From the NCBI GenBank assembly GCA_002269645.1, contig NIVC01000704.1, forward strand, positions 17,692 through 81,691: a stretch of 64,000 nucleotides of DNA, in the 5' to 3' direction. The notes beneath the pieces were generated by a model. The model was not told where the DNA came from. It made no database searches and was given only the letters and a program-made list of their open reading frames with translations. The stretch comes from Macrostomum lignano (taxonomy: Eukaryota). Made by a program: the position numbers and the translations under genes. Within the stretch, counting starts at the first letter, position 1. Every line of letters begins with the position of its first letter. Shown one piece after another: positions 1 to 12,331 of this stretch.

Positions 1-138
1 ATGGAAGCGGCGGGTAGGCGGGATGGAAGCGGCGTAGGCGAGATGGAAGTGGCGGGTAGGCGGGATGGAAGTGGCGGGTAGGCGGGATGGAAGTGGCGGG
101 TAGGCGGGATGGAAGCAGCGGGTAGGCGGGATGGAAGT
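1..138. repeat. 22-bp tandem repeat (GGCGGGATGGAAGTGGCGGGTA), runs off window start
   Basis: About 6 near-identical units read directly. Confidence 0.9.
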
Positions 139-1805
139 GGCAATCGGTTTCTACAACTGTTCAAGACCGCAACGCAAAGTATTCTCACAGTGGTGTTGAA
201 TTTAGCGGGCAATCTCTCCTGTTTGGCATCGATAAGGCAGTGCCTGCAGTAGGCAGGTACATATGGTAATACCTGTCGTCTGGCCGCAGCTCTAAACCGC
301 ACGGGCCGCTACACTCTGTGGATGGAAAAGATATGAGCAAGAATAATGCTGCTAGCCGATAATAGGATTAATAATTAAAGCACACGAATTTGGTTTAAAG
401 CTATTTGCAACACAGATTACGGGTAGGGCTTCACTCACTGATCAATTTCATTGCAGGCTGGTCAGCAATGACCGACTTTGGAGCAGTTGGAATGCTTGGC
501 CTGAAAAGTTTTTTGACCACTCATTTAAGTAACAATAAAAATAATTATAGAAAAAAGTTCAATGAGCAAACATTTGTTAATTACCTTTTTTAGCTGCTAT
601 CTGGGCAACTTTATCCTGAGTTGGGTCATCCCAGAATGTGACACCCCATTCTAAAACAAGAAACAAACAGCCAGTAAACTTACTGCTAAAATGAATGAGT
701 GAATAGAGTCACATAAGACAAACCTTAGAGGAGCCTTCATCAAAGTCAAACGCCTTGATATTGCTACTGTACCAATCTATGTTCTCAGCAGATTCCTCGA
801 GAGAATTCATTGAGTATGTTCTGAAAATGGGTAAGAAATTTTCGTATGAGAGCTTAAATAGAACAGATAAAAATCTAGATAAATTCTAGAATTAATTTAA
901 TTTTATAAATTTAATGGAAGGATTTTAGTATACACCAGTTTTATTTATTAAATTAAATAATTTTCTAGGAGGCTTTTTTGCTTTAATATTAGTTGAAAAA
1001 TAAAAAACAATAGCCAGGATAATCTTATATGATGTTTTGCTATTACCATTGGTAATATTGGAAACATAGGAGAAAAGTAAATTGTCAATGTCTTAAATAA
1101 GGGGAAGGATAGATAGCACAAAGGTTAAAAATACAAGTATTCTCAAAGATGTACATTTGCACTTAATCTAAAGAGTTGCATATTAAAGAGATTAGACAGT
1201 AAGCTAGTGTATGCAGATAGGTCAATGATCTTAAAAGTTTTAAAGACATCTTTCATAATATAGTTTTCATATACTAGGCGTTTATGAAATGTAATTACTA
1301 GTCTTAAACATACATTCTTTGCTAATTATAGGCCCTAGAATGTAGCTGAATAGCTTTCTAGGCATATGTTATTTGCATAGTACTGTGTAAATAGTACTGT
1401 CATTATTAATATGGTAGCTAAAATAAAGACAAGTTTTATACTGCTGTAGTACTTATAGCTATGGTCCAGTTATATATGTTCACAAATATATCCTTTTGAA
1501 GTTGAATGAGTTGTATTCTTGTTTGTTTCTTTTGAAATACTCTTTGTACTTTGCATATTAATAGTATGAGTATGAGCTAATAAAAATATGTTAAGCCATA
1601 AACACAAAAATTATACCTAAACTCTATCTTTTGACTTAGTTTAAACTTTTTTTTGAAAATAAAAAATATAAGGACAAATATTGAATAGTCATATTATTTC
1701 TATATTATTTCAGTTATTTTATAAATAGGCCTAAGTTAAATAACACTGGCAATATTTATACAGTAACATGTAAATAATGATGGCCAGCTTCCTATTACAA
1801 ATTCT

Positions 1806-2981
1806 TCCTTCCAGTCAAGCCTTATTGTCATCTTTGTTGACTTCCTCAAGGCCTTCGACTCGGTGGCGCGCGGCGCGCTGCCTCACGTGCTCCGTGCCTA
1901 CAACGTACTGCAGCAGCTGATCTCCGCCATCATGGCGCTGTATCAGGACACCACCGCCGCGGTAGCGACGCCAGACGGACCGTCGGACCTGTTTAGCACG
2001 ACCTCCGGAGTGCTACAGGGTGACACTCTGGCGCCCTTTCTCTTCGTGCTGGTGATGGACTGGGTGCTCAGGACCGGCCTGCCGACATCAGAGGACGGCT
2101 TTCTGCTGCAAAGGCGCACCAGTAGACGGCACCCGAGAAGAAACTGTCTGTCCTTGGCTACGCGGACGACCTCGCCCTGCTGTCTTCCACGGCCGAAGGC
2201 GCCCAATGGCTGCTGGACAGCCTGACTGAGGCGGCGGCGAGGGTCGGTCTCGTCATCAACGCCAGGAAGACCGAGGTGCTGACGGTGCCGCATGATCTAC
2301 CTGCCGAGATTCGACTTCGAGACGGCGACGGCCCGGACGGCGCTCCCGAAGTGCCTTCAGTTCGTCTACCTCGGCGGACTGGTGCCGGACGTCGGTGACG
2401 ACCTAGCGAGACGGCGCGGCAAGGCCTGGGCTGCCTTCCGATCTGTGCGGGCGGTGCTGCTCTCCGAGGCCCTGTCGACGGCGCCAGGTCCCAGCTGTTC
2501 CAGGCGGTTGTTGAGACCGCCCTGCTGTACAATGCTGAGACCTGGATGCTGACCGGGGCGCTTGAGGCGCAGCTCGACGCGGCGCATGCGGCCCTAGTCC
2601 GCGCCGCTTTCGGCGCCCGCCGCGGCCCTGGCAGCGAGACAACCGAGTCCCTGTACAAACGCACAGGCCTGACGCGGCCTTCTGCCCTGCTGAGTCAGCG
2701 GCGCCTGCGGCTTGCCGGACATGTCATCCGGGCCGAAGCCTACTGCCGAGAGCCGCTGCAGGACGTCCTGCTGTGGACCCCGCAGGGACCGCGCAGGCGT
2801 GGTCAGGGACGATCAGCCCGCTACGTCGACCGCCTTTTTGAAGATGCGCGAGCACCCAGCCAGACGGCCGGTGTGAAGCACATTAGAGACCTGGCTCTGA
2901 AACGCGCGATTTGACGCTCCCCCTCTTGGCCACTCCCGTGGCTGCGTGGGGCGTAACTATTATTATTATTATTATTATTAT
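1806..2981 (+). mobile_element. 5'-truncated, frameshifted RTE-like non-LTR retrotransposon (RT remnant)
   Basis: RT motifs DFLKAFDSV, GVLQGDTLAPFLF and YADDLAL (after a 1-nt frameshift near 2135), plus RLRLAGHV. (TAT)n tail; 13-bp TSD TATTACAAATTCT at 1793-1805 and 2982-2994. Confidence 0.9.
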
Positions 2982-4362
2982 TATTACAAATTCTAATTCT
3001 AAAAATTTTGCAATAAAATATATTTTCAAATATAATATTAATAAATTCTTTCTATACAAAATGTTCTGTAGCAAATTTTCAAAAGCTATAATAAAGTTCC
3101 CAATTCTGCAATCAAATGATTACAACCTTAGTCTTAGACTCTATTGTCAATCAATATATAAGCAGTGTTGGGCACTGTTAATGAAAATCATAACCTCTGT
3201 TAATGGCAAAAGTGTTAACATTGAAACACAAAAACTTTAACTTATAAACACTTAATTTTTTATGAGGAAGGGCACTTATAATACGTACAAATGTTTTAAA
3301 TTTACTCATTTTGCCTATTATAGGCCTATTTTGAAGAAAACCATTTTTCAAATTTGCGCTAAAATACTAACCTTTGTTTAAATGTTGTGATTTGCAAAAA
3401 TATTCTCACAATTAGTATTTGTTTTAAACTGCAATAAATATTGATATAAATAGAGGCCCTGAGTGGGCCAAATGAAGCAACTTGTTTTGAGCTTCCAATT
3501 GCAAGCAAAGTTTAATAAGTCCTTACTAAATCTTAAAAAGCAGTTGTTCAAATTGACTTTTTCATTTTCTAAAGTATTAAGCCCCTTATTGGGAGAATTA
3601 GAGAAATGTTAAGGAGCGAGAATTGCCTCAGGGCAATAACCCTATAGACTATATAACTGCCTCAGGGCAGGAAAAGCACCTCAGGGCAAGGAAAATGCAT
3701 AAGGCTATGACCCTCTGATCCAGGGAATGCCCAGGACTGAGAGAAAACTTATAGGAGTAAATAGAGTACTTGTAGACAGTGCCATTAGACCACTCAGACC
3801 AAAGAGTACAGTATATGTACAGATGCTACTAATAAGATAAGTAGACGCTACCAATATAGAAGTAGATAGAGGAATAGTCATACTACCAATAATTATAAGT
3901 ACATTTGTGCAAAAATACATTAATTAAATTAAGTATAGGAATTAGCCCTGCAATAGCTTTGGTGGCATTGTGAGATTATTTATAAAGACAGAAGTAACCC
4001 CTACATCAGTTAAGTTAATTATTAATAAGCAATAATCTGTTAAAGTTAACATATAAAAACAGAAATCTTGCACTTTTTTCCAAATCAGACTCCATAATGC
4101 AGTGTCTTCATCTTTTTAGCCAAATACTTGTAAGAGAAAATAGTGATAATAATACATTCAAAGGGCTGTTAATACTAACATTTTACTAATACAAACAATC
4201 ACTTCTATAAATATTCTATATTGTTGGCTATTGTCAACTCTGCTATATGCTAATGCTATGAACACTGCATTAAGTATACATACTACTACTATCTGATTGT
4301 AAGTGAAAGTTCTCAGATATTAAGTCATTTCACTTCAAACTATCATTATTATTATTAATTTA

Positions 4363-5735
4363 TTAGTATTCAATATAATCTCTATCAGAAGCAATAATAT
4401 TGTGCCAATGTGCATGCAGAGAATAGATACCCTAGAGCTGTCAAAATTAGAGATTTTATTTGAGATGAGATTCGAGACAAGAAAGGCTTATAAGTCGAGA
4501 ATTTTGAGACGAGACAAGACAAAGTAAATCTAAAAAATATATTTCAGAATTGCATCTTGTCTTGCTCTTATCTTGCCTTATCTTGTCTTAAATTTCTTGA
4601 TAAGATACAATTCTAAAATTTATTTTTTAGATTTTCCAGAATACTTTCTTAATTCTAGTTTAAATTCTTTGCTATTTATTTATAAGAATTTATGCTTGTA
4701 GCATATAGGCCCTTGGCCCTACTATGTCTATTACTAATTTGTCAAAAGACCTGTGTAGATTGTCTTCAAGTCTGCTATGATACACCTTGCTGCAGAACTG
4801 AAATGATAACTAAAAGAGCGCATATGCAATGCAAACTCGTATATAACGATGTTTGTTAAATAATTGCTCGACATTGGCTAGATTTTATTTTACCATTTGA
4901 AAATTACCCTATCAAGCGTGTTACAACAAACAGTTGTATTTATATGAAAATTTGCTCCCCTTTTTATATCTTATCACTTAAAAGCTTTTGAAAAAAGGTA
5001 TCAGAAAAATTCTTGAATCTTGTTGCGAATTTCTTGACAAAATTTGAGATTTCTCGAGACAAGAAAAAATGTTGAGATCTTGTTTCAAATCTTGTCTTGT
5101 CGAGATCTGTGACAGCTCTAGGATACTTGGAGCTTTGGGAGTCAAAGAAGTCATGCAGATGCTCCTCGACCTCTAAGTCCTCATCCTTGAAGCTGTGATC
5201 AGCCATAGACTGGCTGAGCATAGCAAAAAGGTGGTAGTTGGTAAGTGCAATATCTGGGCTATAAGGTGGATGGAAAAGAACCTCCCAACCAAAGGCTAGC
5301 AGCAGAGAGAATGGGTAACTTCTATGCGGCTATCCAGGTCATAGGCTACCAGCTTGTGCAGCACCCAACACCCAAGTTTAGCTTTCATCTATATCTGGCA
5401 GAGATGATTGACAATAGCCATCTAGTGCATATTCAGCTCATCAGCCAACTCACCTGTTGTCTGCTGATTGTTCTCCACAAGGAGGGCTTCTAGGGTATCA
5501 TTATTGAGTTCAGGTAGATGCCCATTGCAAGGTCTGTTTCAAGGCCCAGTTCTCCATTCTTGAAGCACTTGTACTTGTACCTATTGTACCCCAAAGAGGT
5601 CTTGATGGTAGACGAGCCGAATGCAATGTTGATGTCAGCAATGAAATTTGCCACTTTCTTGCCACAAAGGAAATCATTCAGCAACAGCATCAAGAGCCGA
5701 AGCTGATGTTTTGTCAAAGGGTTAGATTGCACCAT
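4363..5735 (-). pseudogene. Highly degenerate, internally deleted mariner transposase, interrupted by a MITE
   Basis: Minus-strand remnants: WVLHKL (WVPHEL motif), HPPYSPDIALTNYHLF (YSPDLAP motif), and GIYSLHAHW...DRDYIE beyond the MITE. Multiple stops; TIRs not recognisable. Confidence 0.7.
4433..5120. mobile_element. hAT-like MITE
   Basis: Terminal inverted repeats TAGAGCTGTCA...TGACAGCTCTA; internal GACAA/TTGTC subrepeats; TSD degenerate (AGATACCC vs GGATACTT). Confidence 0.6.
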
Positions 5736-5937
5736 ATTAGTGCTGCGCAGCTGAAGCAAGGTTCAATCCATACAGTGTAGTTGCAGGGTACAATTGTTCA
5801 CCCTATTTTTACCCATGAAAAAGTTCTAGAACATTCCAGATAAAAAGTTATACTCAAATGTTAAAAAAATTCTGAAAACTTTCCCTAAAATCAGATCTAC
5901 TAGTATTGATACGATACTTTGTTGGTAAATGGTAATA

Positions 5938-6361
5938 TACTCAGCAACAGCTAAAACCCCCCACCCAACTCACGCTGTCACTGTCACACGGCCCAAAAGT
6001 TTTGTATGCCATCGGTGACTCGGAAGCAGCTCAGCATTCGCACATTCAAATTGAACTGACCGTCAAAGTCTTCAGACATGAATCCCATCGAACATGTCTG
6101 GGACTTTGTAAAGCGAAGAGTTCAGCAGGATGCCCCACAGAATGCCGAACAGTTGCGACTGGCGGTGCTGAATGCCTGGCAGCAGCTGCCCCAAGAGTTC
6201 ATCAACCTGCTGGTGATCAGGATGCCACGACGAGTCACGGCACTTTTGCATGCTCGTGGTTCCTACACACGATACTGAGACTAGAATTAAAGACATTGCT
6301 TAACTTTTGTGCCCGTGTGACAGCGTGAGTTGGGGGGGGGGGGTTTAGCTGTTGCTGAGTA
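5938..6361 (+). mobile_element. Internally deleted Tc1-like element (424 bp) with transposase C-terminus
   Basis: ~65-bp imperfect TIRs TACTCAGCAACAGCTAAAACCCC; TA TSD; ORF 6078-6278 NPIEHVW...MPRRVTALLHARGSYTRY. Empty site GGTAA-TA-CTGTAT on the opposite arm (~63965-63978). Confidence 0.9.
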
Positions 6362-7634
6362 TACTGTATATCCAACAATAAACATACCCCCTGCCTCTTA
6401 AATTCAGCTGATTCTTATAAAGTAAGTCAATGCTGATCATTGGCATTTAATGATTACTTTAGCTCCGAGAAGTAGACAGTAGACTTGAACTAGGCTAGTA
6501 TAGTAAGCTTGCAATAAGAATGCGAATATAAATTTCGCAGAAAATGATTATTTTAAAATGATGTTTTGAAAAAAGCAACCTACTCATTACAACAAATCTT
6601 ATACTCAGGCTAATGTCTTATAATTAGATTACCGCTTATAATTTCTAAAATTGACAGTATTTCACATGTTTATTATAAGTTAAATTTTAATTTGCTTAGA
6701 AAATCTAACTATCTGCCGAATGCAATTTGCAGCAAAAACAGTCTGGACTGCAGTAATTCGTAACGGTTACTTCTAGTGGTCCTTGTTCGTAAGATTTGCG
6801 AGTGTAACGCGGTTCTGGATGTAATTAATTCTGCTTTCTTATATAGTAATTGATGGTCCGCGACCAGTCCTAAAAGAACTACATATGTACAATGATAGGG
6901 TCAAAGTATGCTGCTGGTAACATTTACTACACATGTACGGATCTAACCATCGAAAATTAAACTATCTATTGCATAATAGGTACTGATGCGACAGCGTTCC
7001 GGCCAACAGGATTTGTAAGGTTATTTTCCACAATCTCTAATTCCCTTCCCCGCGATTACTCATCCACATCCCGCCTACACTTCCGCGTTGTTGCGAAAGC
7101 ACTGAAGCTCGTTGAACGCGCATACAAAAGCTTTTATTCCCGAAAGCTAGCTATTTCCTTCTCGATCACGCGAGTTTCCATTTTTTCATCCCTAATGGAA
7201 CTAAGACAATTGTAAGTCGTCGGCTCCAATGCTACGCTCGTAGATAATGGATTCATGATTTAGAGGATTGTAAAATTGTAAGTTGAAGTTTACTGGCTTT
7301 ACTGGCTTTAGAGAAAACGACTCCATCTTTAAAAATGAGCGGCTGATGATAAAATGATGTTAATATACTGCAGATCTAGCTAAATGTTCATGCAGCACTT
7401 TCGAAAACTGCCCGCGATGTATTCATACGAATTACCAGGAACTTGGATGTGAAATCTATGTAGTTGCAAGCATTCGATCGTAATAAAAAACCATACAGAA
7501 TTATTTCGTACGAAATCCACTGATTATATATACTCTTACTTGGATCCCCGGGCCCTGGCAATACGCTCCTACGGTTAGGTGAGCACCTTATGGCCAACAG
7601 CTTTGATCAGTTATTTTAACGCAAATGCCCAAAT

Positions 7635-7657
7635 GCCGTAAAGACGGTCTCTGACTG
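7635..7657 (+). other. Flatworm spliced-leader 5' stem-loop-like motif (partial SL exon)
   Basis: CCGT-AAAG-ACGG hairpin. Matches the first ~23 nt of the Macrostomum SL as I recall it (GCCGTAAAGACGGTCTCTTACTG..., 1 mismatch) and resembles planarian SL GCCGTTAGACGGTC. Lacks the SL 3' ATG/GT donor, so not an SL RNA gene. Confidence 0.65.
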
Positions 7658-8953
7658 TTTTTACCCTGGTTGCCTTCTGGCAGCTTGTCTAAGGGTTGTG
7701 CGCAATCCGATTGGCTATGCCAATTTCTAAGGGTCCGCCCCGGAGGGGCTGTGCCTGTTCTAAAAATAAACCCTATCTTTCTTAGGTGTACATTCCAATT
7801 ATTTGGCCCTCGGCCTTGGTTTAGGGGGGGTGGTGCCCGGAGTGAGTTGGTTCTCTGGACTGCAGTGTGGCTAGGACGGGACTGAGCCCCCCGGTCGTAC
7901 CCGCCCTGCAGGAAAGAAAATGACCAATTCACAAAGGTGTACGGTAGACCCAGTAGCATGCCAGCCCTGAGGCTGAGCACCCGGGCTGCAGGTCGGCAAG
8001 CTGCCTGCTCTAGGGCTATGGTGCTCCTCCCTTCTGCCAATCTTTTTTTCTGGGCTGGCATCCCAGCGCTGTTTTATCCCTAGCTTTGTGCCTTTGTGGC
8101 TTTTTATTCTTTTAATCTTTTATCTGGCCAATAGAAGCCTTCCAATTCTCGGAGTTATGAGCTCTGCCCTTGCCCGGTCCATCTTGCCCTGTCCTCGGGT
8201 CCATCTCCTGGCTCCTGCTGAAGGTCCCTGCTTGCGTGTCTCTGGCTCTCATCCTGACAGTGGATTGGTGTCCTGGGAAGGATGTTCGTCCCGTACCGGG
8301 GACAACCGGCTGAGTCCGGAGTCCTCTTGCCCTGGGTGCCTCTTCTCCCGACCCCTTGGCCTGGCCCCCAATAATGAGCTGGATAGGCGATGCCCTTGGG
8401 TTGGTAGCAATAGAGGTGTTGCCATGTCCGCCTAGAGTCTCCCCCTCGGATACAAGCCTTCCAGACTCACTCCAATATAGAGCTGGGTAGTGAAAAGCCT
8501 TGAGGCTCGAGACCTACAGGCCAAGCTGTATAGGATCGCTCTTGGTAAATAGCTGCCCAGACTCGCTCCAATAGTTTAAGCCATTTCCGCAGGTTTAGGA
8601 GTAACTCCTCACTCGGACCGCTTTTTTCAAGTAGTATTTCAAGCATTTCGCTCTCCAATTTTTCTGCGCACTCCCAAGGACTCGCTGGCTGGGGGGTGGC
8701 CTGGGTGGACTCGGTCCTAGCACCGTCCCTGATTCCACTGTTTGGGTTGGCGGTGTCTTGTACCGTAGGCTTGGGTCAACTCGCCCTTTCCCTAGCTTTA
8801 AGCTGGGCCCAATCCCAATGTATTCATGGGGTATCTCGGGCCCTGGACAGCTAATGCCTTGGCCCCTGGAAGTGCCCCTCGCGGCAGAGCCCACCCCAGG
8901 GCTGATCCGCGGGTCCCCCTAGGACCCTTTCGTTTAACAAAAACAACAACAAC
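7635..8953 (+). mobile_element. Candidate non-autonomous retroposon with spliced-leader-like 5' end and (AAC)n tail
   Basis: GC-rich segment absent from the right arm. Begins GCCGTAAAGACGGTCTCTGACTG, ends with hairpin GGGTC-CCCCTAG-GACCC then TTTCGTTTAACAAAAACAACAACAAC. Flanked by CAAAT/AAAT at both junctions; no convincing sense ORF. Confidence 0.6.
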
Positions 8954-10625
8954 AAATCTACGAGACATCCAGGGCTTTCACGTGGTAAATCTATGAACAA
9001 TCCATGGTATTCCCGTGAAATTAAGAGCTCAAATTAATCTTGTAACAGTAGTCAACAGTTAGTACCGTGTGCAAAAAAAAAGTAAATATGCCTAAACCAA
9101 TTACAATATAAAACATACATTTTGAAAGAAGCAGCATATTTTTAAAATTAAGGATGCGTCATAATTGAAAAAAGTTGTTTATGTTTAAGTTAACGCTTTA
9201 TTTAAATATGCTTAATCAATTCATTTTTTAGGCGCATGCATGCATCCAGGTATTTGCGCTATCGATCATGCGCATTGCGCAGCTAGTGAGCTACATTAGC
9301 CTTCGCAGCTATAAGCTAAATGAGTCATGGTAGTAGGATTAACATTGACCGACTGAGATACAAATAAATAGTTGCAACCTAATAATAAGGTGTATTTACC
9401 GAACTTTGTTGTAGATCTTTTTTTAAAAACATTTATCAATTATCACTTATCAGGACTACTGAGTCTGTGTCTGAGTGTAGTTATGTTATTGTTCATGTTA
9501 GTTTTGTTTTTGGTCTGCTAATAATACTAAAATAGGATAGGGCTAAGCGCCTATGCCATTAAAAAATATGTTTTAATTTTTTAAATATTTTCTAAGCCTA
9601 GGCTACTAGGCCCATGCTGCCCATATCTTATTATTTTTGTAATTTTTGTCTAACCTTTGAATTTGTCTTTGACATACTTTTCAGGGGTTAAAATTTGCAT
9701 TGTTGGATAAGTTCCTTGAAAAAAACTTATCTTTATCATGTTACTGTAAGTTGTAACTTAACTTTTTAGTTCTTACCTAAGTTAGGGACCTAGGCCCTAC
9801 CACTTTAAAAAATAATATTTAGCTTGTGTTATTGTTAACATTTCTATTACTGCTAACTTTTTACTCACAAATTCTAATGTTCTTAATGTGATAGGACTAT
9901 TTCTTATTCTTATTCTATATTTTTTTTAAAGCTACCATCAAAGTTGTTACAATGCTCCTTGTTTTCTTTATTCATTATTAAAATCCTAATAATGACACTA
10001 AATTAAAATTGTAACTGTGATTTAAGTCTAGGCCCTACCTTTTGCAATGATCCTACTATTATTTTTAGGCAGTTGTTATTATTACGGTAACCATATAAAT
10101 AGTGAAATGGTTATTTTTACAGTTAACATTTAAAACAAATCTAAAAATCCTAAATCTATATACTAATTTTGCACTGTATTTGTGCGTGCATGCGTGTAAT
10201 TGATTTTTTCAAGAATGGCTCAACCAATTCTCTTCAAACTTGCATTATTCAATCAGAAAATTTCCTGGGACAGTTCGTGCATCTTGGCTAAGAAATTGCT
10301 CAATATTAAAGGGATTAAATATTGAAAACATGATTTTTTGCAAAGTTCAAGCAGTTCTTTTGACCTGAAATGCATTGTAAGAATGCTAGAAAAAACCTGA
10401 CTGACTGAATTTCAATTCTAATAAGATTGCATCACAACAAGTTGAAAACAGTGCCGAAGAAATGCACACACAACTTGATTTAAATTGTGTAACCATATTG
10501 CTAACTTAAATTGAGACTGATACTAGCTGACTAAGAAATTGATTATGTCATAACTTTTTGCTCTAACTGACTTGCTGAAAGATTGAATTATAAGGGCCAC
10601 AATTCATGTTCTCCAATCGACAAGA

Positions 10626-10685
10626 GATAGCCTAGATGCGAACAGACTAGACTGCTAATTCAGCAACCTGGGTTTGAATCTTAGT
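10626..10685 (+). other. tRNA-like (Ser-GCT-like) motif inside Helitron; other copies 15497-15556, 19578-19640, 21735-21799, 23958-24020 (all minus)
   Basis: A-box-like TAGCCTAGA, GACTGCTAAT anticodon-loop-like segment, B-box GGTT(C/T)GAATC; acceptor stem not evident. Confidence 0.55.
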
Positions 10686-10744
10686 AGTGCAAAATAATTT
10701 TTTATTAAAACATCTTAAAAACAAAATGCTAAACATAAAAGAAG

Positions 10745-11085
10745 CACAATGTCAAACAAAAGTGGCACCATTTCAAACATTAAAGGCCACCATGTCAAAC
10801 ATATATGTGACTCCATGTCTAACATTAAAGATCCACCATGTCAAACATTAAAGGGCCACCATGTCAAACATTAAAGGGCCACTATGTCAAACATTAAAGA
10901 GCCATCATTATAGACATTAAGGTGCCACCAGGTCAAACATTAAAGAGCCACCATGTCAAATACAAAACAGCTACCATGTCAAACATAAAACTGGCACGAT
11001 GTCTAACATTAAAGAGCCACCATATCAAACATTAAAGAGCCACCATATCAAACAATAAAGAGCCACCATGTCAAACATAATAGAG
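10745..11085 (+). repeat. 23-bp tandem array type 1 (CATGTCAAACATTAAAGAGCCAC)
   Basis: Degenerate units; same repeat at 14025-15430 and 54240-54640 in reverse. Confidence 0.85.
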
Positions 11086-11177
11086 ACAATTACAAACGTA
11101 AAAAGAAGTGTCATGCCAATCATAAAGTAGCCACTATAAAGCTAAGGAAATTATTGCACTAGATACTTATTGTCTGG

Positions 11178-11520
11178 TGGATGCTTGCTATTTAAGATAG
11201 ATACTTGCTATCAATTGGATGCTTGCTATCTGGAGGTGCTTGCTATTTGGGGATGCTTGCTTTCTAAGGGTGCTTGCTATTAGGTGGATGCTTGCTATCT
11301 TGGGGTGCTTACTATCTGGGGTGCCTACTATCTGGGGGTGCTTGCTATTTAGAGATGCTTGCTATCTGGGGATGCTTGCTATCTAGGGGTGCTTGCTATC
11401 TAAAGGTGCTTGCTATTAGATGGATGCTTGCTATCTGGGGTGCCTGCTATCTAGGGGTGCTTGCTATCTGGAGATGCTTGCTATCTGGGGGTGCTTGCTA
11501 TCTGGGGGGTTGCTTGCTGT
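11178..11520 (+). repeat. 18-bp tandem array (GATGCTTGCTATCTGGGG)
   Basis: Read directly; also at 13463-13928, 21840-22075, 53655-54145. Confidence 0.9.
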
Positions 11521-12331
11521 CCTAGGATGTTTTATTTTTGCATTGCACTTTATTTGAGCAGTTTTTCTATTGTCTATGTGAAGGCTTTATTTGGCTGTCT
11601 TTTTGATACTTGTAGAAAGCCAAAGATTCTATCTAGATGCCCCCCTATTGGGGGGCAAAGATTGCTAGTACTACCTAAATAAAGTGATGAACTTGCGGTG
11701 CAAATACTACAATGGTTAAATTAAAAAAATAAAGAAATGTATCATTAATAAATACCATGATAACTTTTAGTGGATTCTGTCATGGTAGCTTACCTTAGGT
11801 AATTGTTAACTATACATTGTAATTTAACTGAAATTTCTTCCACACAACCATAAAAATAACTATTTTGCTTCCTACCTATGGTAACCATAAAAATAACAGT
11901 TTTGCTATTCATATGGTTACATAAATAAAAACCATAGGCCCAGATAGTGTCTTATGCATTAACCGTAAAAATAGCCATTTTGTTATTTATACAATCATTG
12001 TAATATTAACAACTGCCATTTTTTTTAATGTAAGGAAATAAACAAGTCTTTTTAACATTGTAGATAGCAATTTAATATGCAAACAACTTTATTAGTTTAC
12101 TAGCTCATAACATAAGCAACAAGTCAATAAGTTAACAAGTCAAGTTATTCTTCTTGGCTTGCTCTAGGCTCCTATTTATATTCTTTCAGAGATTTGTTAA
12201 AAACATTTTATTTTATAAAAATGTTATCTGGTATCACAACAGTCTATTATTTACTATTCTATTTAGTATATTTTAAAAAAATAAATCTTTGCTTTTTCAT
12301 AATTATATTGCTATTAACTAATGCCAATGCT

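Larger units (their letters stand above)
10155..11668 (+). mobile_element. Non-autonomous Helitron 1 (family A)
   Basis: A|TCTATATACTAA 5' end; 3' hairpin TGCCCCCC-TATT-GGGGGGCA 7 nt before CTAG|T; internal 23-bp and 18-bp arrays. Confidence 0.85.

Noticed and set aside
8467-8894. Minus-strand gag/ORF1-like reading of the SL-headed element
   Set aside because: Short, interrupted frames with no zinc knuckle or RT motif; cannot be assigned.
8895-8940. Possible hammerhead or HDV ribozyme at the element 3' end
   Set aside because: CTGATCC lacks the CUGANGA core and there is no NUH site after the GAAA-stem on either strand; only a simple hairpin is supported.
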